DNA of 63,119 bases, filler included, from Bigelowiella natans CCMP2755 (GCA_000320545.1; 4 parts of 4 records of this genome joined end to end with filler, not necessarily neighbours in it); one strand, 5' to 3'; positions 34,391 through 48,787 are shown, numbered from the whole stretch's first letter. Numbers and translations are program-made. Notes: generated by a model not told the origin, from the letters alone.

Positions 34391-35031
34391 TCTATTGTTA
34401 TACCTACTACTTATCCCTCTAATTCGTTCGTCGCTTATTCAACGCATGCTACTCTGTGATTAGCGCGACGATGGAAGCGTGATGACTTGGGTAGATGGGT
34501 TCCTGCAGCCCTACCTGCTGTTCTCAGCAGCAATGCTCCCCAACCTCAAAGCAGCGGGTGGTGACGTTGATGGCGGAAAAGCAAGGAGCTCTACTTGCCA
34601 TTCCCTGTCGTGGTGCGTGCAGGAGGAAGGGGATATCGTGTTCGTGCCCGTAGGATGGCACCACATGGTGATAAATCTGGAGACCTGCGTCTCGTTCACA
34701 AGGTGCGTGGTTTGCCTATTTAGCAGCAGTTGAAAATGGGGAATGTGTTCTTGTCGGAAAACAGTAATAGCATCTCGTTGTATCCATCGTTCTTATTTTT
34801 GTGGTAAATTGTCTGATAGAAGACGATTTACACTTGCACCACACACGCACACGCGCACCGCACACCTGCGATTGGACGTGCTATGTGTACTCGTACAGAT
34901 GGTTTGTGGCCCGAAGCAACCTCATGGATGTGGTGAGCGTCATTCGCACTTATGATCCGGTAATGTGATGAAAATAAATTTAGACGATACTCACTGTCCG
35001 GCGAAGCATCACACATTTGAGTGACCGATGA
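31485..35031 (+). CDS. F-box-like plus JmjC-domain (JMJD6/JMJD4-like) 2-oxoglutarate dioxygenase
   Basis: N-terminal LEVWELVSSFLDLGSFFRFAQTS is F-box-like. JmjC motifs: MTMENFRYYM...DEDPL-YLFD, PRFFQDDLL, RWLLIGPSGSGTKFHFDP (HxD), AWNMLTQGRKLW and VQEEGDIVFVPVGWHHMVINLE. Confidence 0.88.
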
Positions 35032-35520
35032 GTCGCAGTTTCATAACTAGTTATGTCATAGTTGCTGGTAACGTACCCTGCACTACATCCAGATATGCTA
35101 CCCTCTTCTGTTTCACATGCTCGTGTAATATGTGCTTCTATCAAATCCAATTTGATTTTTAAGGTGACAGCGGACGAGTTACGAAGCGAGGCGCTTTCAT
35201 TGCATGTGTAGAATTTATCACTTCGCACATTGCGATAGTTTACGTGTAGAGCTTTTATGCGTCATGAATCTGGATGGCTACTACTGAATGGTGCTGCAGG
35301 TCGGATGGCGACTTAAAAGGCTTACTTTGAATGAACGATTGCTGTGTACATTGTTTAAGTGTAGCAGTTGTTCCTGGCTGCGCAAAGCCATGCAGCTCAG
35401 TGCACACGCTAGCACACATCAGCGCTAGCTAGCTAGGGCGTCCGCATTGCTTCTACCAACTGTGATGATGGCCCAGTGCATGGCAAGGCGTCATTGAATC
35501 TGCTAAACTAAAGCGAGCTT

Positions 35521-36240
35521 CTCAGTGGAACAGCGCAGATGACATTGATCATCCTTAGGCACCGAGTGCTAGCAACATCTAGACTGCGTGCTAGCTAGCT
35601 AGCTGGTGTGCTCCGTCTAGCAGTCTGCGAGCAGTGCTAGAGCTAGAGAGTGCTGCTGAGCAAGATGTGCTGCGACATGGCCTTGCAGCTAGTTGGAACG
35701 CACTGTTGCGCCATTGCCTGCATTGTGTTCTGCAAACAAGTGATGCGCACTGCACGCTGACATGATGTCTCGCAGGTATAAGTTGTTGTGACGGCAGCGC
35801 AAATGGTTCGCTGCAACAACCAGTTTTCCAATTTTCACAGCAGCGCTTTGAGAATGAAGGAAGGATCTTGCCAACTTCTCGAACCTTCTTCCCGAAAACA
35901 TTCCCTTTGTCCGGCTCTTCCCACCACGTTCCAACATCTCCGAGCAATGACAGCAGAGCATGCAAGATGGGGACTGTTTGGAATGAGAACCTTGTCGAAG
36001 GAAGTCGAGGCGGCCTCTGCGTCATGCATTTCCGGATGCAAGTCAGAGGTGATTTGATCTGGAGCGCGATGGGGAGAAGGGGGAAACTACCAAGTTGATT
36101 TCCTTCGGAATTCAGTCCTTTCCCTTCCATTCAACCTCTCACGTTTCATCCTTCTGCTTCTTCCAGTGTCCCCTTTTTCCTGCGAACACATGCGGAAAGC
36201 TAGAAAGCTAGAGAGGCTCAGTGAGCACCAGATCAAGACA
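35521..36240. other. TpA-depleted, CTAG-retaining tract
   Basis: Manual count: 15 TA in 720 nt, 11 of them CTAG; none between about 35782 and 36087. Confidence 0.9.
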
Positions 36241-37178
36241 ATCGCCCATTGCATGTCTTTCAAATAAGTTGTAACACCTTTCCCTCATCAATAGCTGAGA
36301 GTAGGCGTGGAATTGACATCGATGCGTGTTCAGTCCCTGCCACGCTAGCACGGGACAAATGTCCGCAAACTCAGCTGGCTTCAGTGACGCTGGCTGCTCA
36401 TCTTTTATTAGGTAAAATCGTCTGCATTCACCGCAGCAGTCAGTCGCAAGCGTGAAAACAAGGAGATTTTTTACGAAAGCGTGGGTCTACTGGCGCGAAG
36501 CTGTTCCTAGAAGACCAGCTAGATCGGGTGCAAAAGTTGCAAAACTTAATTTTTCGTCCCGATTGACTTTTCTTTCTGGAGGGGTTTTCCGGTTTTTTTC
36601 GGGAATCCGTGGTGCCACATCTTTTTCACAAAACGTTGTGGAAATAGGTATCATAGATGGACTGCATTCGATTCCTATCTGCACACATATTTCGAGCATA
36701 TGGCTCCAAATGTCAGTACTGGAACCAGCGAAATTGCTGGAAGAAAGACGTAAATAGAGTCTCCATGTACAATTCAGTATAACTTCTCTCGTTTTTAAAC
36801 ATTGAACTCATAGAAATGTTTTAAAGTAAGAAATATTTACGTGACGGCTTCTATTTTCTCTGGCAAAATGATTATATCTCAGCTATCTCTGGAAAAATGT
36901 TCATATTTTCAATCTCAATTTAATCTTATCATTATCAGAGCATTTTCTTTTAAAAAACAGAGTAGTCCAACATAAAACTTAGAAAGAGCTTGTTATCTTA
37001 TCTAAGACATAGCTTTCAGTACATATGTCAATTTAATCGTGGTCATAAGTTTCTTTTTATGTTTCCATCTGATATTAATGGGTCTGAAATATGTATTAAC
37101 CAACAATTGGAGGGCTGAAGTTCCGATTCTCCCCATCCCTAACATCCTCTCTTCTTAGCTTCTCATCATTTACCGTGT

Positions 37179-38128
37179 ATGGAGGTTGCAGACATAAGAG
37201 GAAGCTTACGCTATCGAGCAGCTAGGCGATCTCGTCTTCTTTTAGGGGTCGTAGCATGCTTCGCAGCGCTGGGGCTTGTAGCAACGACGATGAATTCGTC
37301 CGTGTTGCCTTTTTCGCCGCTTTCCCCACCTCTTCAATACAACATCAAGAATTTCCAAGAAATCGAGAGAAAACTCAAGCATGAAGGAGCGAGGTTGGCT
37401 GAAGATACAAGGAAAACTTTGTCGGATGAGGAAAAATGTAGACTGGCAAATATGACTAGTGGACCGAGAGTGCATTCAATATACAAGGGTGACATCGGAA
37501 TAAATGTAAAAGAATGCCTCCACAACAGCAAGCAAAACTTTCGTTCGACATACAATATCACCGCCGAACTTAGAAAGGATGTTGCAAGAGCGAAAAAGCA
37601 GAGCATCTTGGTGGATGACTCCGACTGCACGCAAGATATTGCTGCCATTGCCGATGGAAGCATCCTCGCCTCCGCACCAGCGAGGCATATGAGGCTTGCT
37701 AATTCACACGATTCTAAAGGATCAGAATCTGCACATGTTGCTGTTCAAAGTGGCCTAGAGTAAGTAGATTTCCAATATAATCTTCATTACTGATCGATGT
37801 CATTTCCTTTTACTCACTGCTGTTTGCTCCCTTTCTTATTGGATCAGGATTCAAGATGAAGGAATAAGCTATTACGATGATGATTCTACGCTGAAAAATA
37901 GCCCCTTCCCCACGTCCAAGGTGAACTTTTCTATATTGATCGCTTGACCTTACATTTCTGACCTAATTTTCTTTTCTTCTCATATCTTAGTCTTTGCTCG
38001 TCGATGTATTGCTGAGAGAGCTCGGATCTCAAGGCACCGAACACATATCTCCGCCCAATCATTTTGTTGAAAATAGTCTTGCCCCGGTCAATGACGACGA
38101 TGCCAATCCGTTCCCCTTTTCACCATGA
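37179..38128 (+). CDS. Hypothetical protein with an N-terminal signal/anchor; exons about 37179-37759, 37848-37920, 37991-38128
   Basis: Long ORF with a basic then hydrophobic leader (RRSRLLLGVVACFAALGLVA) and two in-frame GT-AG introns. Confidence 0.7.
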
Positions 38129-38949
38129 GTGATTAAGTAAAAACCAGCCATAACCTATCGATACCGTTGAGGCTCTCTTCGATGAGTAATGAATACATGA
38201 TCGCATCTAGGTTTTTCTACTTCTCGTCTATTATTATGCCCGTAAAAAATCTGCACAACCTGTTAGTTCCATTTCACCTACTCCCCTGGCTTTTCTTTCC
38301 TATACAGCTGCGATGCGACGTAGTCCGATGCACACATTAACAATGTAACTGTTGAGATCCTTGAGCACACTTTTGTGAAATCACATGTATTAGCTACGTG
38401 ATCACCGGTTACCATGTACTACTACATAAAAACATTTTCCAATGTTATGCACATTGCTGCCTGATCGAATGAGTGCATGCAAGCTAGCAAGCTCATTTTC
38501 GCGCAATGAACTCGCATGCTGCGACGCTGCACATTATTGTGACACGTGTGTGCATCGCATGACTTAGTTTGCGCAACGACGCGCATGTAAAATGTGGCGG
38601 GAAATTCCTCGCTCGGCCTCAAAGACACTGAGCCAGGGCTGGCTAGCTGTCCTCACTTTGCTACACATATCTAGCATGTGTGTACGTATGTGTCGTGGGC
38701 ATTGAAGTTTTGCGGAGAACGTAACAGGCTAGCAGGATCGTGTGTGTGGGATTGCATGTAGATGCACATGCTAGCACGGCTTGGGCCTTGTGTGATTATG
38801 ATTTTCATGTGTGTTTTCGATGCGATGCTCGCCTACACCATCCATCCATGTCGTCGATCAGTCTAGTGAAATAGTCATTCATTGATAATTTTCCACAACA
38901 CAGGGTGACAGCATCACGAAAAGTTAAAATCCAGAAGAAGCGGCAGTCC

Positions 38950-40460
38950 CTACTGCTGGTTGTAGTGGCTTGGCTGCTGCTGCTGCAGCGCTGTTGCTTT
39001 TCTGTTGCTTTTCTGGCCTCCTTCGAGTGCTCTTGCTACCACTACCGGTCGTATTTTTAGCGATGCTTGGAAAGAACAACAAACACAGTCGGGTGCGTTC
39101 TGTTCTCCTTCCAAATTTCCTTAGGGCGTGAGATGTAAATAACGATGAATCGAAGGAGAAGCATAAATGAGACTACTCTATCCGGATGCCGAATTGTCTA
39201 ATTCCTGAACCTCAATGGGCCTTGCTCCTCTTTCCTGCACGATATATGGTTTGCATGGGACATCAGAATAATATTGGGGAATGTAGCGTGTGTAAAGGGG
39301 GGGGGGGGAGGGGGGGGGGCAGAGTCTCGCGGCCGCATATCTGCAATTGGCAATTGCCCATTCTGGCAGTGGGAGAACATGTCTTCCTATTTTAACGTTG
39401 ATGCTGGATTAGTACCGACAGGGATGTGAAGAATGGTGGCCAGATATGCGGACACACCCAGAAGAGTCACACAAAACCTACTCATCACGTGAAGGGAGGA
39501 GGTCAGAGTTGTTATCAGGATGCTGCTGCTGCTGCTGATGATGATGATGATGATACTGTGCGACTAAGGTCGGCATGCTAGTACCGGAACACAAACTGAT
39601 TCGATAGCTTGCTGATGTTAAACAGCACAATCACCACCTGAGCAACAAGAATATATATATATTTTTTTAAAAGGGGGATGGAGTGGAAGTGGTGGAAGAA
39701 GGCTTTTCACGGTACGATTTGCGGGCTAATGCTACTACTACCTTACTACATATGATACAATACGCACACATGAACGAGATGGGCATGTTATAATTGCATG
39801 ATTACGATGAGATTGAGAGGGACTCGGAAGAAGTTCATGATGGTCGATCTACACTCTTCAGGGATCACGGCGCTGGGGGGGGGGGGGGGAATACAGCAAA
39901 ATATTGGTGATGCTGAAGATGGTGAAGAGAGACGGAGAAGGGAGGAAGATGACGATGGTAACTAGCGCAAAGACGGTACTAAAGAACAACGAAGCCCGTG
40001 AGCAGGAGTAAATAAATAGTGTAGCAATGGAGTCAAGAGCCATCATCCATATCTCCCTGCTTCAAGCTGCGGCAGACATATCTATGATATGCGTGCTACC
40101 TCCTAATTTCCCCGATAAGCGGCCAGTAGCACCCAACGGCACCTGTCATACACCAAAGATCAAACACGCCGTGGAATTCTGCCACCCTTGCGTGCACGAA
40201 GTAGACTCCTTGCACACAAACAGGTAAAGGGGAAAAGGGGGGGGGGCTTGTGCACGACAATTCGTATGATGCAGTTGTCGAGCATTTGTCCCCCCCTCCG
40301 CCACAGGCGTTTGTTTGCTGTTCGCTAGCACACGTGACGGCACTACCCTCGAAAACGCAGAATCCGATCATCAGGATGGTGAAGCCAAAATACTCCGCGC
40401 CTGATATATATTATATAAAATTACAATAAATATTTATATTACATATATGTATACAAATAA

Positions 40461-40501
<41 letters not shown>

Positions 40502-40860
40502 TATGTAAATATAAATATACATACGTAATAATATAATCAATATATTATATACATTTATATGTATTCATATGTATTTATACATATAATTATAAATATAATT
40601 ATATATGTATATATATGTATCTGAAAATGCACGACGCTATGGTCTTCCATCATCACCGATGGCGGCGGGTAGAAGGCCTAGTGCAGCCACTCCGACCACG
40701 TACTAACGAGCACAAGCAGCAGCAGATTCATCATGAAATCAGAGAGGGAGAAGAGGAGGAGGAGGAGGAGGATGGGAAAGATCTGGTGGCTAGAGGGGTT
40801 AATATGGACATCTAGGTGTACAGAATTGAAAGAACTTATGATTTCTGTGTGCGTGTGTGC

Positions 40861-40896
<36 letters not shown>

Positions 40897-41091
40897 GTAA
40901 AATTTATTTTGTAAAAAAAAATGGTACCACAATTACGACGACGACGACTGCGACTCTACCGCTACGACTACTGCTACTACCGAGAGGAGAGAAGTGAGCT
41001 CGAGTTTGGCTGATAAATACTTGAACAAGCAAGACCCTATCATGCAACTCACCATGAAACACGAGAAGATGTAGCCGTGGGGAATCGGGCC
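38950..41091 (-). CDS. MFSD5: MFSD5-like molybdate-anion transporter, 3' portion; the 5' part is lost in or beyond the gap
   Basis: GPIPHGYIFSCFMVSCMIGS, IGFCVFEG and IPEECRSTIMNFFRVPLNLI-VVIVL are characteristic of the MFSD5/DUF791 C-terminal half. Confidence 0.85.
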
Positions 41092-41255
41092 TAGTAGGAG
41101 GAGGAGGAGGAGAAGACAACAAAGAACCATAGCAAAGCAAAACAGCGCTCACGTGATTGATTGCACAACCCCGCGTAACAGGACCACCGGGGAGAAAAAG
41201 GGAGGAGGTAATTGGAGGGGGGGGGGGGGGTTAGAAGAGAGAGGGGGAAGGTGGA

Positions 41256-41355
41256 NNNNNNNNNNNNNNNNNNNNNNNNNNNNNNNNNNNNNNNNNNNNT
41301 TAATTAATTAANNNNNNNNNNNNNNNNNNNNNNNNNNNNNNNNNNNNNNNNNNNN
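41256..41355. other. Assembly gap with an artificial six-frame-stop linker
   Basis: Same 100-nt N/TTAATTAATTAA/N structure. Confidence 0.95.
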
Positions 41356-41425
41356 AAGCGAAGAGGAGAGGGAGGAGGAGGGAAGAGAGAGCACAATACT
41401 GCTATACTTGGAAGCTGCTGGTTCC

Positions 41426-41458
<33 letters not shown>

Positions 41459-41486
41459 GCTGCTGCTGCCTGCATTTTTATTACGT

Positions 41487-41956
41487 TCAAAGCTGGCATG
41501 TGGATGCTTTCGAACATGTAGCCGGGAGAGACTGTCATCAGCGCCCTTCGCGTACCGGTGGACGGAGCTCACACGCTCTTTGTGCAGCATGCGCCGGACG
41601 ATGTGCACGTAGAAGTGTGCGGCCACCCGCATCATGCGCTCATACTCGAAAGCAAGCAGGCACGCGATCACGGAGCAGATGCCAAGCCGCACAGCCCGAA
41701 AGGCCGTGATCTCAGTCGCTGCTGTGGACGCCGCCATTTGGAACCTCCACGTTGCAGTGTACCTGAAATACCCACCACCACCGACGACGAAGAAGAAGAA
41801 GATCCATAATAAGATACATGACATCGGCCGTCCCCCACTCACTGGTCACCATCAGCCTCGTGGTAGAGTGAGTGAGTGGCGTAGGTGTGAGAACATACTA
41901 GTATAGGTAGGTAGGTAGGTAGGTACAAACGGAGATACGACGACGAAGAAGAAGAA

Positions 41957-42008
<52 letters not shown>

Positions 42009-42905
42009 GGGAAGCTAAAGAAACGAAAGTAAGAAGGCCTCGACCCCCCACCCTCCCGCACCTACTTACCATGCGATGGTGCCGACGATATGAGCGGAGT
42101 CGAAGATCAGAAAGTACAAGAGGGTCAGGAGCCCGTTGATCATAAAGGCCACGAGCGTAGCAGCGATGGCCCCACAGCACACGTACGCGAAGAGGTTGAT
42201 TGGCCGGGTATTGTTGTTGTTTTGGTTGCAGCAGTAGGCCCAGAAGATCGCCAGGGGACCGAGGCAGTACGGACTTCCACACAGCGCCAATGCCTCGCTC
42301 GAGACGCGGACGATGGCCTGGAGCAGCCAGACCTCCTCCCGGCAGAATCCGAGCCGGTAGCACATGCTCATCACATCGCCCACCCTCGTCCTCCACAGTA
42401 ACGGGGCCTCGAAGGCCAGCAGCGCGTAGCAGAGAAGCGCGATGAGCGCCGAGTCGCCGTAGAAGGCCTTCTTCGCGTACGCCGGGGCCAGGGCAAAGAG
42501 CAAGAACACGCTGAAATGATCGAGGTGTAGGAAGGCCCGCGCGAGGAGAGACACCAAAGCTCCTATTGCCACCGCGTGGCCGATCGAGGTCGAGGACGGC
42601 CTCCTCACCACTACGGGGCTCGTGGGCAGGGGCAGGGCGCGGACTGCGCGGGAGGGGGAGGTGATGAAAGATAGCGTCTTCCTGATAATACGGGAAGAGA
42701 GGGGCGGCTGTGCGTTTGGCTGTTGTTGTTGTTGCTGCAGCTGCTGCTGCTGCTGCTGTGTCGCAGAGCCCACGTTAGGTGCGGGGCTGGTGGCATCGAA
42801 GAGAGCTAAGGGAGGAAGAGGAGGAGGAGGAGGAGGAGGAGAAGGAGGAGGATTTGTATGTGATAGTTCTTTTTAATTTTTTCATTGTATACAAGCGCGC
42901 GCGCG

Positions 42906-42963
<58 letters not shown>

Positions 42964-42993
42964 TTGAGTAATTATGTTGAGTAAAGTGGTTAA

Positions 42994-43037
<44 letters not shown>

Positions 43038-43650
43038 TAAGAGGGAGGATCATTCCCTCTTAGCTATTTGCGTACTACTCGCCGAATCAGCAGCGTTCTT
43101 TCCGTCACCTTCTTCTTCTTCCTCCGGCTGCTGCATTTCCATAGGCGGAGTATCTGTTAGACCTTCATCATCCTTCTCAGGCAGGCTCCTGCTTCTACTC
43201 ACGCCAATGGCTGCTTCTTCATCTTCATAACGATCCAATAGCTCGATGTTGGGAGGAGGCTGTCCTAGTCCCTCCTCCTCCTCGCAATCGGCGCGAAGGC
43301 CAACCCCGGCTGCTACATCGTCTCCCGCAGTAGCAGTAGTCGTCTCTTTTGCACGGGTGCCAAAGTTGCTGTCGTCGTCGTCGTCGTCGGGTTTCAATCC
43401 TCCTCCTTTCTCATCGGCCGCCTCCCCCTCCTCCATCTCCATCTCGGCGTTTTCCGATCCGTCTTCTCGCTGGCCTTGTCGGATGTGCTCCTGAGGCACC
43501 GTGCTGCTGACGGTCTCACCTTGATCCTTCGAATTGCGTACCCAGCGAACAAGGTAGTAGAAATCCTCTGCGCGTTGCTCGACCTAATGTGGGGGGAGGG
43601 TGCCTTTCAGCAGGTGCACTAACGATCGTTCCCCACGTCACAAATGCGTA

Positions 43651-43707
<57 letters not shown>

Positions 43708-45069
43708 CATGGGGGGGGGGTGTCCGAAACTGCTGCGGTGAATCTCTCGGTTTGGTTTGAGATTATTTCAGATATATAGTGAGCTCCTTTTACCTCCATG
43801 ATAACGATGCTGTGCCACGACCCACTATACAGTGCCTCGGCCTGATCATTCCGCCTGAACTTCTGAACAAGGTGCTTTCGCTTACTCCTCTTCGGCTCCC
43901 GCGATGATTTTGCAGGCCGTTTCGAAGGCACTGGTGTCTTTGTTGTTGTCGCTGCCTTCTTAGCGACCGATCTCACCCGCTTCGAGCTCCTCCTTCCCCT
44001 TCTGTGTGACGATGGTAAGACAAGAGGATTCTCGTCCTTTAGCTCCTCCTCTGCTGGTGCTGGTGCGTCATCTTCTTCTTTTTCGTCCGCAGCAGCCTTT
44101 TGCTTGTGTCTCCTCGACGATCTGCGGGTTGGCTTCAGCGTAGACTTCGGTTTGGTCGAAGGCTTGTGTGATTTCGCCATGCTCCGTCGAGATCTGCCCC
44201 TACCTCGTTTTGGCACCGAAGCCTCCTCCTCCTCTTCCTCTTCTTTGATCACCTGGTCATCTGCGTCCTCTTCAGCCACTTCCTCCTCCTGATGTTTTTT
44301 CGAACGAGTGGAAACTCTGCGACTTGCCCTTCTTGGGCGACCCCTGGTTCTTTTTTGCGCTGGAGAATCTTCTTGCTCTTTGTCATCCATCGTTTGAACT
44401 TCTTCTTTTTCTTCCTCCTCCTCCTCTTCTATCTTTTGCTTTCGGGACCTTCTCCGACCTCGTCCAGCATTAAGTCTCCCTTGCCCCTTTCCTGTTGCTG
44501 TAGAAGACCTAATTCCATGTCCAGGTACGGGTTACTTCTATGCATCATCAAAGGAGTAGTCGGGGGAGACGGACCTTCGTTTCTTCGCAGGCGGAGGCCG
44601 TGCTGGTGTCCTCGTTGATTTCCTGCGGCTGCTTCTCGTCTTCCTAAGGAAATGATGATGTGGATGAAAGAAATTGATTCCAGTTGACTCTCATAACTGA
44701 CTAAGATCTAGTCCATTGTTGAAGAAGTTTGTCATCCATGACCCCTCCTCCTCCACTACTACCACTTCTACCCCTGAGCTGCAACTTGTAATCTTAGTAA
44801 ATACGCAGAAACCGTTTCCCAATGCCGAATCGCGACAATGTCGGCGGGGGAAAGGCCGTGCAGCGATAGAGCTTGTCATATGCTGCAATCAAGAAGCACC
44901 GGAGTGTCGCAATCATGCCACACTCACCTAGCAAGGCATGAAGCATGCGCTCTCTCTGGAGATTTGAAACAGACCTTGTGGTGGAGGCTGGAGGGTCTTT
45001 CTCACTAGACTCGGCGGGTTTGGGTGCATTCAGGGAGGCCAGACGCTTTGATCTACGCCTACTACTCAT
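41487..45069 (-). CDS. Protein with a basic AT-hook-like region, a Tudor/Agenet-like domain, an acidic linker and multiple transmembrane segments; the 3' end runs toward the gap
   Basis: KRTRGRPRR and PKRGRGR motifs. Spliced FRRNDQAEALYSGSWHSIVIME-VEQRAEDFYYLVRW...VPQEHIR is Tudor-like. A phase-1 splice across the microsatellite intron at about 42806-43075 leads into the hydrophobic exon 42069-42805. Confidence 0.6.
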
Positions 45070-45489
45070 CCTTGTTCTAACCCCCGGCACGGGGGAGGTG
45101 GTGTGGATCGATGTTTCAGGTTTAAGACCTACACACCATACCAATCAAAAGGAGTAGTTTATAATCGCATCTATTTTCTGCAAAAGACTTGCCAAAATTG
45201 ACCTTGTATCACACAAAATCATCCGTCACCTTGACCGTTAATCGGCGAGGAAAGCCCGCGAAAATTCGTCGCGAACTCTTCCTAGAAGTCCGTCCATCTA
45301 ATAAAAGTCTACGGAAAACGCGTCGGCCAGCCCTCAAATTGTTGTGTTTGTTGCCCTCGCTTAAAGACCTGCGTCCTCGGAGAAATATCGTACGTACGGA
45401 GATCGACCAGCTTCCTCTTCCAGAATTCTGTGCGGTAGGAAATGTTTCATGGTGTTTCCCTCGTGCGACTGATTCTCAGTCCAGTCTCG

Positions 45490-47162
45490 ATGCGGGAACG
45501 CATGCATGGACCACTGCTGTCGACAAACAATAGGTGTTTAAATCTGCGACAATAGATTTCAGATATCTTCCGATGAAAATCTCCAATGTTTTCATTTTCA
45601 GGAGCATTCCAAATGGTCTCTCAGAGCACAGGCCCAGGGAGTGGTTCTTGAATTTCCTTGCTCAGGGGAGCTACCAATCAGACAGCGGTGAGAGAGGACA
45701 GCCTCCCCGGCACAGGGCGGCACAGAAGGATTCAAACGCATAATTGGCTCATTGATGCATTTGCACGGCAAGAATGGGGGAGATATTGCTCGAACGGAGA
45801 TAAAAGAGATCATTTTTTTATTATCCGGCACCGGCCTTTTCGTGTTCTAACCCCATCAATTTCGAAATGTAGTCTAAAATCTGTCCAGATTCATTTCATA
45901 TGGTGTATCTCACAGTGTTCTATCGGACATCACCGCCGATACATACAACAATCATGCGGAAGGACAGGGATCGGAAAGTTACGCCAGGATTCGACATACT
46001 ATGTACTTGATGAGAGTGCTCATGCCTGCCAAAAATACACGTACGAATCAGCTTTAGCTTCATACACATTCGATCTACTGCTTCCATAAATTATATGGTG
46101 CATTCCTCCATAAACTCGCAGCAGGTTCCGGAGATGATATCGAGTTGGGTCGAGCTTCACGACATCCCAGCACGTCAGCGGTAATAACAAGAAGTCGCCA
46201 GCCCTGCCTATGTTTTATATCTCCATGAAAGCATTGTGAAGTTAATCATTACGTTGCATATGTTTTGTAATTTTTATCTTCCATTGCTTGTCACTTGCTA
46301 CTATATACCTCCAGGACACACATGCACAGACTCGGCACAAAACCAGCGATCTTCACGCTACGAGATCTTCAGAGTACAAGACAGACAGATCTCGCATCCG
46401 TAAAAGGAAATCCAATTCGCGCAGGCAGAAGAGTCACAGTCCTCGTCGCCATGAGAAGAAACCGACGTAAATCCCAACAAAACTTCGTGATGGTGAGGAC
46501 CTTGCCAGCCGATGATTGTGCCGACACGTCTGAGCAGGTACAGCAGAAGGGCAAAGAGTCAAGGGGCTACAAACAGGAAGGCACGACGCTCTCCTAGAGA
46601 AAGAAAGCAAGAGTATGTACTGAGTCAATATAAAACCGCCACTACTTTGTTAATGACGAGAGCTCGAAAGCATCAGTCCGCCTCAAAATCTTGCTACGAA
46701 AACGCAGTTCGTCCTCCCTCTCCCCCTCTTTCTCCTCGTCCCTTTCATCTCCTCTTCATCGCCACCACCATCATCATCGTCACTTATCACCTTCCATGCG
46801 CCACCACCACCAGGTACTCTCTTCAGGTGTCAAGGTCTCAGCAGAGATTCCCGGAGTTTCTGACGAAAAGTGTCATCAAACTTGCGGCTGGGATTTTCAA
46901 GAAATTTGACAGAGACCAAAGTGAGGGGGAGAGAAAAGAAGGAGGAGGAGGAGGAGGAGGAGGAGGAGGAGGGGGAAGATAGTATCACCCATCCTCTCTT
47001 CTCTTAGAGAACGAGCGGTTTAATTATTGTAGGCGACTGTCTTATGAGCCTTTGTTTCGTTATTAGACGGAACGATATCGCGTGAGGACTTCGCTATGGC
47101 CCTTGAGAAACTGCAGAATAAGACTCCCAAAGCGGTAGAAACACACCGCACATACACACGCA

Positions 47163-47203
<41 letters not shown>

Positions 47204-48297
47204 CAGATCTACTGGTCTCTACTACCATCAGAAACTCTCCGGAACATCCGTTCTCATGTCATTCATTTTTAGCAAAGCACATTACAGATGAAAGATGATC
47301 GATTGTAGCATTGGGTTCCTAATATGTCCCCTCCCCCTTCTGGCACACATCATCGCCTTTTCATTTTTCTCCTACAGGCTATCGCCCTCGCGGACAAGCT
47401 GATTCGTGAGATCCACAAAGAAGGCCTCTCGTGAGTCGCAGTTCAAAAGCAACCACACAGCCGCCATTTAGATGCCCTTAATGAGTTATCACGTTCTCAC
47501 GAAAAGCCTTCTCACTTCCGAACCCCCACGCAGAGACTGGACGTCGGCGACACAGGATATCAACTTCAACGAGTTCCTGAACGTACTGCACGACGGCTTG
47601 TTGTATCGACGATGTGACTGCTATGCTAGTAGAGCTGACTCTGTTTGCGAGCGTGATGGTGATGAATGCACGTGTATCATCAGGCCCTTGCAGTGTCAAG
47701 GAATGCGGAAAGAAAGGAGGTGCCTCTTCTGTTTAATTCTCTTCTTCTTTTGGGGGGAGGGAAAGAAGATCGATATATAGTGCAGAGGAGGCTAATCGCC
47801 GCAGACCATCGTTGGAAGTGCCTCTCGCCATCTTTGTTGTAGCTCACAGATTCTGTTGTTCTCTGCCATAGGGTCTTTACGAAATGAGGAGAATCGTTCA
47901 GCATGGTAAGATAGTAAATATAATAAATACATATTATGTACAATACTATGCTCTATTACACATCAACCCGCCTCAGTCGCTGCAGCATCAACCAGCGCAT
48001 CTATTATTTATTATTTATTTCACCTCCTCTTCTTCAAAACCATCACACACTCAAAAACAAGAACAAAGAGTCATATCCTATCTTCATCGTCAGCTGCTTG
48101 GTACTATGGCGCCGCCCGAACTGTGGGACGATATTATGGGTATATTCTTTCTCTCACCATTAAAAACTGGATTGTTGTTGGCGTCATTCAAGGGAGAAAT
48201 GGACGTAAACCGTTATCAGAACATTGTTGATGTGGTTCATTGAAACCAACGAAGGCGGAATCTCTGAGTATTTTCTTCTTGTGATCCGATGGTGTAT

Positions 48298-48339
<42 letters not shown>

Positions 48340-48753
48340 TGTGTGTGTACATGTTGGTAGGCCTCAAAAGAAGACAACTTATTCCCAGAGCTATCAGTAC
48401 GATTAGATGACGTGTGAGGAGGCGTGCACCTTGCTCCCTCTAGCTCTTCTCCCACACCCCCTCTCTCTAGCCCTCCCTCTCATTGCTTGCACGGGCTTTT
48501 CTGTATCTTCATTGTTATGTTTGCGTGTTCCTACAGATGCTGCCCGCCCCCCCTGGTGATACCCCTGTTCTCCATGATGATATTGGCCGTCTTCATATAT
48601 TTCGTCGAAATCGACAATGTAATAAGAGGAGTAGCTCTCCTCAGATGGGTCGCTTTCACGGATTGATGGATGCACGCAGAGAGGCGACGACGACTTTGAA
48701 TATTCTTCTTATCATTTTTCATCTTATGAGCATCGCTAACACTTTAAAAATAC

Positions 48754-48787
<34 letters not shown>

